From Octopus sinensis (Eukaryota): DNA of 27,259 nt. The notes below the pieces were generated by a model, which was not told where the DNA came from, did no database searches, and saw only the letters and a program-made list of their open reading frames with translations. The position numbers and the translations under genes were made by a program. The stretch spans positions 1 to 27,259 of the forward strand of contig NW_021833340.1 of the NCBI RefSeq assembly GCF_006345805.1. The letters are read 5' to 3'. Shown one piece after another: positions 1-11,459 of the stretch (position 1 is the stretch's first letter; each line of letters opens with the position of its first letter).

Positions 1-129
1 TAAATTGCAAATGGTGTAGGAGTCTGACGAAAACGAAAACAAAATACTCAGTAATTAGTTAAATAAATATAAACGCAGGCATCAAATTAATTACGTGGGC
101 TTTTAATGTCTTACAAATGGTTATATATA

Positions 130-381
130 AATATGTGTGTGTGTGTGTATACACATACGTACACACATAAATATTTACTTATTTATTTATGAATGTATGT
201 ATATATGGACATATATGTATACATATACATGTATTTACATGTGCATGTATACATATGTGTGTATATATATATATATATGTGTGTGTGTGTATGTGTATGT
301 GTGTGTATGTGTATGTGTGTGTATATATATATGTGTGTGTGTGTGTACATATATATATATACACATACATATATATTCATG

Positions 382-413
<32 letters not shown>

Positions 414-437
414 TATATATAATATATATATATATAT
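130..437. repeat. (TG)n/(TA)n compound microsatellite
   Basis: Directly visible dinucleotide runs; they account for the ORFs at 137-527. Confidence 0.95.
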
Positions 438-487
438 CCGGTATACACGATTGAGGCTGTATTGAATTAATCTGTCTATATGTCTAT

Positions 488-800
488 CTATAGGTATCCG
501 GTCGGTGACGTACCCGGACCAATGCATGTATTCTGCGCCACTCGATCTTCCATGGTAGTCATCATATCCTCAGCCTGATATCCAATGTCGGCCACAAGAA
601 GTTGATCGACATATAACTCTTCTTGGTCTCCGCATACACTTCCATGCCATTGCGTGGGTTTCCAGAGAAGGATATCGCTGGATAATTTATCCTTGATTCT
701 CCCGCAATGTCCTACATAACGTACTCTTTCTCTCATTACTTCGGTGATGGTAGGAAGACCGCCGTACAATTACTGCTTTGTAGGAAGCTGCTGCTGAGGA
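488..800 (-). mobile_element. 3' end of an RTE-clade LINE ORF (post-RT C-terminus), decayed
   Basis: Minus strand reads QQLPTKQ*LYGGLPTITEVMRERVRYVGHCGR..DILLWKPT..YVDQL..EDR. This resembles the RTE-type pattern LYGxLP..RERRLRFAGHC..LxLWxP..YxDxL..DR. The stop at 488-490 is followed by a short ATAG-like tail. Confidence 0.85.
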
Positions 801-843
801 AAATAAATCTGAAAAATGCATGAATGGCACCAGTATTCTGCTC

Positions 844-1376
844 TGAATGGCACCAATCTGAAGATGATTGATAAATTTATCGACCGTGCAAGTAATATTA
901 CTTCAGCAATAAAAAGATATCCAGGTAAGAATTGCAAAAGCATGGAATACTTTTAGACCAGTGGTTTCGACCATTCTTTGCCTTCGATTCCTATTTAAGT
1001 CTACTGGACCTCCATAGGCATTTGATGTACATACAAAAAATCCTACTGCATTTTTAAAATTAAATATTAGGAGTTCTACCAAAAAATAAAAATTGAAATA
1101 CTTTGTGTATTGTAAAAGTAGACGTAATTTCTTGCACAAAAATTTTAACAACAAAATCTTATATGGACCCCTAAAAGTAATATGGACTCTAGTTGAGACC
1201 CTCTGCTCAAGACAGACACAGAATTTTATGGAAGTTCTCCATTCCTGACAACATGAAGTTCTTTTCGAAGCAGACCCTGGATCAGTACTTCCTTATGGCT
1301 CCTCAGTATGGACACTGGACAAGAGATTTGAAAATAAGCTTGATGCTACATTAAATTAAAACAGCCGTTTACGTAT
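844..1376 (+). mobile_element. Internal RT-thumb segment of the same RTE-type LINE, opposite orientation, interrupted by a MITE at 959-1205
   Basis: Plus strand reads NGTNLKMIDKFIDRASNITSAIKDIQVRIAKAWNT, then after the MITE LWKFSIPDNMKFF / GSVLPYGSSVWTLDKRFENKLDAT / TAVYV. This matches the RTE motifs F.YLGS.I....KDI..RIAKAW and ESVLLYG.E.WTL.K..E.KLDG. Confidence 0.8.
959..1205. mobile_element. hAT (Charlie-like) non-autonomous MITE, 247 bp
   Basis: Ends are CAGTGGTTTCGAC and GTTGAGACCCTCTG. Imperfect 8-bp flanks TTTTAGAC (951-958) and CTCAAGAC (1206-1213) fit the Charlie NTCTAGAN target. Removing it rejoins the LINE coding sequence. Confidence 0.7.
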
Positions 1377-1818
1377 GTATATTACATGATGTGTATACAC
1401 AGTTGAAAGGCCAGTTACTGCGGTATTCGCTCTGAAATAACATCCCTTATGAGCATCAACAGCGTGTACATATTAAGTCTGATAAATAGATGGCTATTTT
1501 AATTTAATACTGCTCCAATTACATATACTGATTTTTTTTATTCAGCTGGGACGGCTCTTCGCAAAAAGAGTGAATATTTTATTCAGACTTTCCTATATCA
1601 GAGATGGTGAATTTTCATCTAAGCAAGATGCTGGCTGCGATTCGCACCATTGAAAATGTATTAAAAAAGGCAGAAATGCATCTGGTGTTCTCACTGGTCG
1701 CTGCTGGAATGAATTTTCGTCTCCCCCTGATATATATTGTGCTTTAACACAGTATACTCATGAAAGATTTTATCTCAGGACAAATGCTACAGTAACAGGC
1801 CTATCAACAATGAATAGG

Positions 1819-1881
1819 TCTCTCTTTCTCTTTGTCTGTCTATCTGTCTGTCTAACTCTCTCTCTCTCTCTCTCTCTCTCC

Positions 1882-1932
<51 letters not shown>
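1819..1932. repeat. (CT)n microsatellite
   Basis: Directly visible. Confidence 0.95.
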
Positions 1933-1936
<4 letters not shown>

Positions 1937-2284
1937 ATGTAAGTGCGTGTATACATATACATATACGTGTATACTGGTATATCAAATACTATACAACATA
2001 AATTATTGATTAATTATAATTATCTTCGCCTCTAGAAGATTCCCAACACACTTAGCAAATGGTAATTAGGTGGAATTGGAATTAAAAATGGGTGGTAATT
2101 TCAAGAATTTTCGAAGTTGGACATGCCATTAAATAAAACAGAACAGGATTTTTGTCTGGAGGTAAGAGACGGTCGTGGACACATGTAGCGTAGTGTGGTA
2201 AGGCGTGATCTGATGTAACATGTAAGGAGCATGGTAAGTGTACAGTGTGGTATAGTGTGTTTTAATATGCTACGACGTGGTTAA

Positions 2285-2508
2285 AGCGGCGAGGTGGCGG
2301 AATCGTTACCGCACCTGACAAAAATACTTAGCTTTACTATTTTTCCAGTTCTTTCTATTTTGAGTTCAAACGCTGCTGAAGTCGACTCTGCTTTTTTTTT
2401 TCTTTTCATCCTTTCAAGGCTGATAAAATAAATACCGAATGAAGATTGAAGTTGATGTAATTGAATTACCCCTCCCTACAAAATTGCTGGTCTTGTGCCA
2501 AAGTATAA
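2285..2508 (+). mobile_element. tRNA-derived SINE, family B (GGCGGCGAGCTGGCAGAA head), diverged
   Basis: Aligns by eye to the copies at 3548, 8145 and 8855; B-box-like GAGTTCAAA; tail GCTGGTCTTGTGCCAAA. Confidence 0.75.
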
Positions 2509-2509
2509 A

Positions 2510-2645
2510 GGACACGGATCTGTGATAAGAAGCTTGCTTCCCAACCACATGACTCCGGCTTCCATCCCACTGCGTAGCACCTTGGATAAGTTCCAACCAC
2601 AGTCTTGTGAGTGAATTTGATGGACTGACACTGAAAGAAGCGCAT

Positions 2646-2689
<44 letters not shown>

Positions 2690-2696
2690 ATATATA
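2510..2696 (+). mobile_element. tRNA-derived SINE, family A, 5' half plus (TA)n
   Basis: AAGAAGCTTGCTTCCCAACCACATG...CTGAAAGAAGC, as in the copies at 9662 and 16894. Confidence 0.8.
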
Positions 2697-2835
2697 GTTA
2701 ATCCAAATATGAAAACACAACTACGCGAGGACGTGGAACGAGTATAGTGTTATTGGACGCTCAGGAAAGGAAATACAAGCATAATGTGTATGTGAGTGTG
2801 TGTGTGTATGAGAGAGAGAGAGAGAGTGAGAAAGA

Positions 2836-2902
<67 letters not shown>

Positions 2903-2917
2903 TGTATATATGCATAT

Positions 2918-3262
2918 GAAGGCGCGTGGATTAGTGGTTAGGGCATTCTGCTCACGATCTTATGGTCGCGAGTTCAATTCTCGGCGACGCGTTATGTTCT
3001 TGAGCAAGACACTTTATTTCACGTTGCTCCAGTCCACTCAGCTGGCAAAAATGATTAGTACCTGTATTTCAAAGGCCAGCCTTGTCACACTCTGTTCCAC
3101 GCTGACTCCCCCTGAGAACTAGGCTAAGGGTATAAGTGTCTGTGGATTGCTCAGCCACTTGCAGGTTAATTTCACGAGCAACCTGTTCCGTTGATCAGTA
3201 TCAGCTGGGACCCTTGTCGTCGTAACCGTTGGATGGATGTATGTATGTATGGATGGATGGAT
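2918..3262 (+). mobile_element. tRNA-derived SINE, family C (GAAGGCGCGTGG..TAGTGGTTAGG head), full length with (GATG/TATG)n tail
   Basis: A-box TGGATTAGTGG and B-box GAGTTCAATTC; conserved middle CTTGAGCAAGACACTTTATTTCACGTTGCTCCAGTCCACTCAGCTGGCAAAAATG shared with the 16004-16261 copy. Confidence 0.85.
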
Positions 3263-3360
3263 GTTGTTTGGAACTCTGCATTAAATGTTCGAAGTTCAAT
3301 TGGATGCTTAACTACAACAGATCATCAGGGAGCACTTCATTGCGTTATTTTACAAAAACA

Positions 3361-3394
<34 letters not shown>

Positions 3395-3547
3395 TGCACA
3401 ATCAACTGTAGACATACTGCCTAGAGCTGTACGTGTGCATGCATCCGCATTTGAGTTTACCCCCCCCCCCTACCTCAGTCTCATCACCACCAACACTTGA
3501 CTACGGATGTTGGTTTTTTTCCTCCCACCCCCGTAGCCTAGTGGTTC

Positions 3548-3966
3548 GGCGACAAGCTGGCAGAAACGTTAGCACGCCGGGCAAAATGCTTAGCAGTACT
3601 TCGTCTTGTCTTTAAGTTCTGAGTTCAAATTCCGCCGAGGTCGACTTTGCCTTCCATCCTTTCGGGGTCGATAAATTGAGTACCAGTTACGCATTGGAGT
3701 CGATATAATCGACTAAATTCGTTTGTCTGTCCTTGTTTGGCCCCTCTGTGTTTAGCCCCTTGTGGGTAGTAAAGAAATAGGTATTTCGTCTTGTCTTTAC
3801 TTTCTGAGTTCAAATTCCGCCGAGGTCTACTTTGCCTTTCATCCTTTCGAGGTCGATAAATTAAGTACCAGTTACGCACTGGGGTCAATGTTATCGACTT
3901 AATCTCTTTGCCTGTCCTTCTTTGTCCCCTCTGTGTTTAGCCCCTTGTGGGCAATAAAGAAATAAG
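3548..3966 (+). mobile_element. SINE family B head-to-tail dimer (full unit plus 5'-truncated unit)
   Basis: 3548-3780 and 3780-3966 are near-identical direct repeats joined at AAATAG/GTATTTCGTC. Confidence 0.9.
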
Positions 3967-3984
3967 AAAGAGAACCGAGAAACA

Positions 3985-4080
3985 TATATACTCGGATCGA
4001 TTTCTTCAACTAAACCCTTCGAAGGCGGTAGTCCCAGCATGGCCGTTAAGTTCGATGTCTGAAGCATGTAAAAGATAGGA
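3985..4080 (+). mobile_element. SINE family A 3' tail fragment
   Basis: TCGATTTCTTCAACTAAA..AAGGCGGT..CCCAGCATGGCCG matches the tail of the 9662-10199 copy. Confidence 0.65.
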
Positions 4081-4424
4081 GATAAAATGACAAAATACGA
4101 TAGGATGTGATGAGGTGTGGTGTAGATTAGAATGCGTTGGTGCCGTACAGTTTGGTAGGATATTTTACTTCATTCCTTCAAATCAATTACCAAGTGTTCA
4201 TGCGAAGGAATTTCGGTAATTCCACTGAAATCAAGTAACTGGAGAACTGAGTAATTAATTTTAATTAACGTTGAATCTCCTTTTATTTCGTTTGGATAGG
4301 TTTTCTTTTCTTTCTTGTTTTGTTTTTTATTAATCTTATTTGGGATTTTGTTTCATTTCACTTCGTTTTTTTTTTTCTTTTCGGTGACTTCCGTTTTTTG
4401 GACTTGTGATTTATCTACCCCTAC

Positions 4425-4990
4425 ACCGCCACCACCACCACCACCACCAACAACACCAACACTCACAGCTACGAACACCACTACAACCACCACCACCACC
4501 ACCACCACCACCATCACCTCCCCCCACCCGCACTATAACTTTCAGCACTTTTAGTACCACCACCACCACCACCACCACCATCACAACCATTAATCAACTA
4601 CCACTACTAGCACTATCACAACCACCACCGCGAACACAACCATTGATACTACCACAACCACAGCCACCACCGCCACACTACCAATATCAACACCGCCAAC
4701 ACATGCTTTCCTTATTCACAAAACAGACCATTTACTATATCAACCACCACCACCACCACTACCACTGTCTCCACCACCACCACCAGTACATCCGTCACCA
4801 TCACACCAACGCCGCCACGTTTTATCGTTGTCTCTGTTTTCAATTTAGCACGTAACTACACTAGGTTTTTCGATGGCGGGTAGAAAGTAGAATAGAAGGT
4901 GTAACAAGTTTCCATGGTATTATTGATGTTGTTTTTTGTGGCTGTTGTGGTTGTTGTTGTTGGTGGTGGTGATGGTGGATCTGGTGATGG
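4425..4990. repeat. Cryptic (CAC/ACC)n tract followed by a (GTT/GGT)n tract
   Basis: Directly visible triplet low-complexity DNA. Confidence 0.9.
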
Positions 4991-5680
4991 AGGGTAGTGG
5001 GATTGAGTAGAGAGCGACTGAAGGCAGGGGTGGAGGTAGGGGTGAGAGAGAGAGGATGACAGAAGTGAGGGTGCATTGATTGGTCGGGTGGAATTTGGCC
5101 CGAAGCAGGGCGGAGGAGTGGTTTGAAATCGAGGCAGGGTAAACAGTAGTGTTCGCTGCGGCAAATAAGGGTTTTGCGGACAGTAAATGGAATGTTCAAT
5201 ATGATGGTGGTTTTGGCATTGTCTAGTCGTTGTTTCTAAATATCAGACCATAGACTTCCTATAGAAGTCAGAGCCAGTACTGAAAGTTATAACATTTCAT
5301 ATACGAATGCGTCAATAGAAACAATGCGATCGAATAGGTAATGGTTGTATATGCACATTTCAAGAGTTATTGCTCTTTCATCAGAACCACATCCAAACCA
5401 TCAACTATCCACGAACGCATTGCTTAAGTACCCACGAAATTTAGAGGTGTAACTATTGGATAAACCGAATTACATATTAAACACATTCTTGGCAGCTGTT
5501 ACGCAGATATTAATTATTAACAAGGACACAGAATTTCGTTTTGCAATCATAACATACTATATGTTAGCAGTGCTATATTCTCATTTTTAAGTCACGAACA
5601 ATAGATTATCAATACTTAGTTTGGTGGTGTTTGCGTTTGTTGTGCAGTGTTGATATTGTCTGTGATAGATGTTTTCTTTC

Positions 5681-5815
5681 TTTTAAGAATTTCAGTCATT
5701 TGGCTATGACCATGCTGGAACATCACCTTAGAGGATTTTAATCGAACGATTCAGCCCAATAGTATTTTTTAAAGCCTGGTATTTATTCTATCGGGATCTT
5801 TTGCCAAACCGCTAA
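5681..5815 (-). mobile_element. SINE family A 3' tail fragment
   Basis: Reverse complement reads TTAGCGGTTTGGCAAAAGA..CGATAGAATAAATACC..CCAGCATGGTCATAGCCAAATGACTGAAA. Confidence 0.75.
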
Positions 5816-5845
5816 TGCATTTAGATATACATCTATACATATTTG

Positions 5846-5931
<86 letters not shown>
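5846..5931. repeat. (CTAT)n microsatellite
   Basis: Directly visible. Confidence 0.95.
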
Positions 5932-5934
<3 letters not shown>

Positions 5935-6318
5935 TTTCTCTTTCTTTTTTTTACGATCCCTTTTGATCGAAAACCTACACCTCCCATTTATATTTTTTAT
6001 TTTTAATTTAAAAAAAAAAATTATTAAAAAATTTTTTTCTCCCCAAAAAGAAAAGCTCTACTTTGTAATTTGTCCCCTCTGTATTCAGCCCTGTGTGGCT
6101 ATTATTGTATGTATATATTTTATTAATTTGCCTGTACGGCTAATAATTCGCTTACCACTTGTGATAGTATTTTCATAATACCATCCCTATATATATAGAC
6201 ACATATATATACTATCCACTAGGCCACGGGCCTATATATATATATATACACGTAATACACACACATACAGGCCCAAAACATACATAAATATACTCTCTCA
6301 CACACACAAACACACACA

Positions 6319-6430
6319 TATACATACATACATACATACATACATACATACATTCAAACATACATACATACATACATACATACATACATACATACATACA
6401 TACATACATACATACATACATACATACATA
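6319..6430. repeat. (TACA)n microsatellite
   Basis: Directly visible. Confidence 0.95.
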
Positions 6431-7392
6431 GTATATGCAAATATATATATACATAAAGACGCATACACATATACACACACAAATGCCCATTTAGTCGTAC
6501 ATGAAAAAAACAAACAAAAAGAGCGGGGACGAAAGGAAGTCGAATACGAGTTCAGTAAGTTCTTTTAATGAAGAAATTAATTGGAAGGGACATACGACCG
6601 AAAGAAGAATTATGGAAACGAGGTGCCCTAATTACACCCCTGCCCTCACACAGTACAACCCCCCATCTCCCTGGAATACACATACACGCAAACATCAGAA
6701 CGTGAGTAAATTTATTAAAAGGTAACATCATTCGCTTCGTTTACGCTGTTAAATGCCCTTGACATAAGTATGAACGCCACATAACCTCGGTAGATTTTGT
6801 TTTGTTTTCTTTCATATAATTGCAATGTTTTATACGTTCAAGTGTAATAAATAAATAAATAAATAAATAAATATGTAAATAAAATAATACACAAATAAAT
6901 AAATAAGTGAATAAATAAAATAGATAAACGAATAAATAAATTAAAATTAAAGCTTGATTTAGACATAAATGGTTACAGCGTCTTCAAGAGATGCTATCTC
7001 CTTTGTTGCAGGCATTTTGGACAAGGTCACTGGTTTGAGGACACCGCATCAGTCGCGGTTGATTCCTACCCCACCATTACTGCTACCACCATCAGCCCCT
7101 TCAGAAACTCTGCAATAAGGTCATAGGAGCTATCCTACATACTCGGATTGAGCCATAAAGTAAATTATTCTTTATTTTTTTGTAACCTGAATAAAATGCA
7201 TTTTATAAGTCTGGTCTAACATCCTTGATTTAAAAATGAACGCCATCCATTCTCGTTTCAATCTTATAAATATGACCTTTTATATGACTAGCCTAACATT
7301 GATTTTTTTTTATTTTTAACATGAACACCATTCATTTCTCTTCTCTACTTACTGAATACACATGATATCTTATATGACTAGTCTAACATCAA

Positions 7393-7965
7393 GGCGATGA
7401 ACTGACAGAAACATGCCGAGCAAAATGCTTTGGGGTACTTTTTCCGGTTTTACGGTCTGAATTCAAATGCTGCCGTGGTCGACTTTGCCTTTCAACCTCT
7501 AAGGTTTGGTAAAATACCGTATTTTCTGGCATATAAGGCGCACTTTTTTTCCAAAAAATTCCCCCTAAAAGTCACCCTACGCCTTATCAGCTGCGGGTCA
7601 GACTTTGGGTAGATATGGTTAGTGTTATTAACGATGGACAATACTAGTGACGGAGGAGGCCAGTGGTGAAATTTGGAATTGTTAAGGTAAATATTGTAAT
7701 TTAGCCTACCATAATACCTTACCGAAGGACTTCAGCCTAAATTTTCACGGTTCCTATACATGAGAATGCGTGAGACATTCAGCTAGGGTATTCGGGGTTA
7801 CCTACAATCTTTGGGTGTAGGGAGCAGATTAAACCTGCAAAAATTGGAGTGCGCCTTATATGCCAGTGCGCCTAATTTGTCCGCTCACCTTCTATACCCG
7901 AAAACACGGTAAGTACCAGTTCAGCACTGCGATGGATTTAATTGACTATCCCCCAAATTTCAAGC
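7393..7965 (+). mobile_element. SINE family B, split by the MITE at 7517-7909
   Basis: The 5' part 7393-7516 and the 3' part AGTACCAGTT..CCCCAAATTTCAAGC rejoin as GGTAAAA-TA-AGTACCAGTT, as in uninterrupted copies. Confidence 0.8.
7517..7909. mobile_element. Tc1/mariner-superfamily MITE (Tc2/pogo-like), 393 bp
   Basis: Ends CCGTATTTTCTGGCATATA and TATACCCGAAAACACGG; TA on both sides (7515-16, 7910-11); subterminal ATATAAGGCGCAC mirrored by GTGCGCCTTATAT. Confidence 0.85.
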
Positions 7966-8144
7966 ATATGTTTAGTAAAAAGTCCTTGATTTCAAAATGA
8001 ACGCCCCACGCTCCCGATTCTACATTCTTTTATATGATCATTTATCTGTCTCTTCTAACAATATCCGTTTAAACATGAACGTCACAGATTCTCCGATTCT
8101 ATCTACTTAATAAATTTGATGTTTAATACGCTTAATTAAACATA

Positions 8145-8359
8145 GGCGGCGGGCTGGCAGAATCGTTACCGCACCAGCGAAAAATGATTAGCGACATTTC
8201 TTCCGACTTTACCTTCTGGGTTCAAATGTTGTCGACGTCGACTTTACCTTTTATCTTTTCAGAGTCTATAAATTAAGTACCAGTTGAACACTAGAGTCGA
8301 TGTAATTGACATATATATATTCTCTTGAAATCATTGGCCTTGTGCCAAAATTTGTAATC
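8145..8359 (+). mobile_element. SINE family B
   Basis: GGCGGCGGGCTGGCAGAATCGTTA head, GGGTTCAAAT B-box, GGCCTTGTGCCAAAATTTG tail. Confidence 0.9.
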
Positions 8360-8854
8360 AATATGTTTAACATTTTTGTTTCCATCTCGCTATAAATTAA
8401 TGTAAAACACATATTCATGTTCCTGACTTCTTACGAATAACTAAAACCTTTAATATGTTAAGTCCTAACAGCGTTGATTTGAAACATGAATGGCACGCAA
8501 TCTCGTTTCTGCCGTCTTATACATTCGACTACGTTGATATGTTTAGTCTAGTTTCGTTGATATTAGCATGAACGCCACACATCTCCGTCTCTGTCTCCTT
8601 ATAAATAGGATGTTTCATGTCAAGTTTAACATCGTTCGCTCAAACATGAACACCACACATTCTCATTTCTGCCGTTTTATAAATATGATGTTTCATATGC
8701 CTAGTCTAACATCCTTGATTTAAAAATGTACACTAAGCAATCTCTTTTCTAACTTCTTATAAATGTGTTGTTACCGCTGATTGAAACGTAAACGCCAGCA
8801 TTCCTGTGTCTACCTACTTAACAAACAGATGTTTAATATGTCTAGTTTAATTAA

Positions 8855-9067
8855 GGCGGCAAGCTGGCAGAACCGTTAGCCCACCAGGCGATATGTTTAG
8901 CGGCATTTCGTATGTTTTTACGGTCTGCGTTCAAATTCCACCGAGGTTGACTTTGCCTTTTACCCTTTCGGGGTCGCTGAAAAAAGTACCAGTTGAGTAC
9001 TGGTGCCGATGTAATCGACTAGCCCACTCCCTTCCAAACTGTTGGCCTTGTTCCATAATTTCAGACC
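8855..9067 (+). mobile_element. SINE family B with probable 17-bp TSD
   Basis: GGCGGCAAGCTGGCAGAA head; flanks AATATGTCTAGTTTAAT (8835-8851) and AATATGACTAGTCTAAT (9068-9084). Confidence 0.9.
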
Positions 9068-9356
9068 AATATGACTAGTCTAATATTGGCCTTTTGGCAT
9101 AAGGCCTGCAGTTTTGGGGGAGAAGGTTCGTCTAATACATAATAAAAAGAAGTGAAGTAGAACCAGTGCGTGTGTTTATGCTTGGCATCACGACCCTTTC
9201 ACGATGTAATAAAGATTTATATATTCAATTGTAACATCCTTCACTTCAGCTACATGGCCGCTCTGATAACTAAAAAGGTGGGGAGATTCTGTTTGGTGAC
9301 GCCAAGCCTTGTCGGAGACTCAATTACTCTGAATCAATTGAGCAACCTCTAACCGA

Positions 9357-9545
9357 TAGAAATAGCAGCCAAAATCTTTTTCAACTCTATATCACACTGT
9401 AGGAAATAGACGGAAAAAAGGGATGATACACAGGGTAATGTGATTAATCTCTGATATACAAACGGATGGGAGAGTCACGTGAAAAACACCTTTGACCATA
9501 TGTCTGCTCGATCAGAACTGACCTAGGGTTAAACAACTATTATTA
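9357..9545 (+). mobile_element. Decayed 3' remnant of another interspersed retroposon
   Basis: TAGAAATAGCAGCCAAA...CTTTGACCATATGTCTGCTCGATCAGAACTGACCTAGGGTTAAACAAC resembles a common octopus repeat end, recognised from memory only. Confidence 0.45.
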
Positions 9546-9661
9546 CTGACGCTACCATCCAAGAACTACTAGCATGACCACCACCAACAACAATTCCAAC
9601 GTGGTCGCAGCCCAATGATGAAACAAGTAAACGATAAAAAATAATAGATACAAAATTCATA

Positions 9662-9836
9662 GGTGCAGGTGTGGCTGTGTGGTAAGAAGCTTGCTTCCCA
9701 ACCACATGGTTCTGGGTTCAGTCCTACTGCACCTTGGGCAAAAGTGCCTTCTACTATAGCCACGGGCCGACCAAATGCTTGTGAGTGAATCTGGTAGTCG
9801 GAAGCTGAAAAATGCCCGTCTCTCTCTCTCTCTTTC

Positions 9837-9901
<65 letters not shown>

Positions 9902-10199
9902 ATGCATGCATGCATGTATGTATGTATGTATGTATGTATGTATGTATGTATGTATGTATGTATGTATGTATGTATGTGTATATTTATGCCTTTGTATCTG
10001 TGTTGCCACCCCTCCATCGCTTGACAACCGATGGTGGTGTGTTTACGTCCCTATAACTTAGAGGTTCGTCTAAAGAGACCGATAGAATAAGTACTTGCTT
10101 ACAAATAGTAAGTCCTGGGGTAGATTTCTTCAGCTAAAAAGCTTTAAGGCGGTGCCCCAGCATGGCGGCAGTCAAGTGGCTGAAATAAGTAAGAAAAAA
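9662..10199 (+). mobile_element. SINE family A, full length, with expanded internal (TA)(TG)(TATG) microsatellite
   Basis: Head GGTGCAGGTGTGGCTGTGTGGTAAG, B-box GGTTCAGTCC, CCTTGGGCAA box, tail AAGGCGGTGCCCCAGCATGG..CTGAAATAAGTAAG. Confidence 0.92.
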
Positions 10200-10869
10200 G
10201 ATGTGCAATTTTCTAAACGGCAACTACGAACCTGAACGTCAGACAACATGTATACATGCAGACAGACTCAATGACATAAACAAACAAACACACACACAGA
10301 TATGCACGCACGTGCTCGCCCTCATGCGCATGCAAATATGCATTAACCACTGTTTCTTAACCTATTTCTCTATATTTCCTCCCTTTTGCGAGTTTATCAA
10401 CCTGATTGGCTCCACCCATATGAAAAGATGAGATAAGATGAAGATAATCTTGCAAAGAACACCATTGCATGACGTTAACAGCTTTATATTAAAAGTAGTT
10501 ATCATTCAACATTCAACAGTCAACGTAACTATATTACGTAATATTTACAACTTTATATTGTCTTGGCAACAGTACGATTTATTACATAACATCAACAGCT
10601 TTATATTAAATTAACATTAGATTTGTTTAGAATCAACATTGGGGTGATGGGTGAAGTGCAATACGAATTGACCAAATAAGTGATAACGTTTTTTTTTCTT
10701 TTTCTTTTTTTTTGTCAGTTTAAAAAACAATTTCCCCATTGGAACCTTGAAAGATCTCCTAGGTTAAGACTTGCAGATATAATCTTATAGACAGACATTG
10801 ACACAAATAGATAAATATCCGCGCGCGCGCATGCGCACTCACGCAGTCTCACTCTTCCCATTTCTAACT

Positions 10870-10923
10870 CTCACAGTTACAGACAGTCTTTGACTCTAAC
10901 TTAAACTCTGACACACACACACA

Positions 10924-10961
<38 letters not shown>

Positions 10962-11005
10962 TCACACAAACACTTATACGTGTCCCTGCAAAAATAATTT
11001 CATAC

Positions 11006-11051
<46 letters not shown>

Positions 11052-11380
11052 ATAGATACATGCACCATCCATACATAAATGCATTCATACGCATAAAGAA
11101 ACACACAAACAGGCACAATGACTAATACACACACACACACAACGCAAAAACATACATACGCATAGAGTACACACATACACAAACTCTTTAATATATTCGC
11201 TTAAGCTCTCTCTCACGTGAATAAATGCACACAGTCTGAAACTTTCACACACAGACACACGCAGATGCAACCACACACACACGCACACACACATGCGAAA
11301 GCACACGCAGCACATGCATACACATGCACACAAACACAACAAACACACGCTCATACACGCATGCGCACACACTAAAATAC
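10870..11380. repeat. Degenerate (CA)n/(TG)n low-complexity tract
   Basis: Directly visible. Confidence 0.85.
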
Positions 11381-11459
11381 AAACTATGATGGAGGATTTC
11401 TTCGTCACAGGCTCACTCCCGCCGTACTTTCACCTTTTATGTCGTGTCCATTCTCATAT

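Larger units (their letters stand above)
7205..9084. repeat. Diverged ~70-80 bp tandem minisatellite, interrupted by SINEs and a MITE
   Basis: Recurring unit approximately ATATG(A/T)CTAGTCTAACATCCTTGATTTAAACATGAACGCCACACATTCTCGTTTCTGCCGTCTTATAAATA.GATGTTT, seen at ~7205-7390, 7966-8144, 8360-8854 and 9068. Confidence 0.8.

Noticed and set aside
1546-1817. Exon-like unique stretch after TTTTTTATTCAG
   Set aside because: All three plus frames contain stops, the donor is weak, and the resemblance to an RT N-terminus is too faint.
2918-2990. tRNA-like heads here and in other SINE copies as real tRNA genes
   Set aside because: A/B boxes are present but acceptor stems are not intact and each continues into a SINE body.
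7205-9084. Repeat-spacer pattern as a CRISPR-like array
   Set aside because: The units are diverged tandem repeats without unique spacers; the interruptions are SINEs; eukaryotic context with no cas genes.
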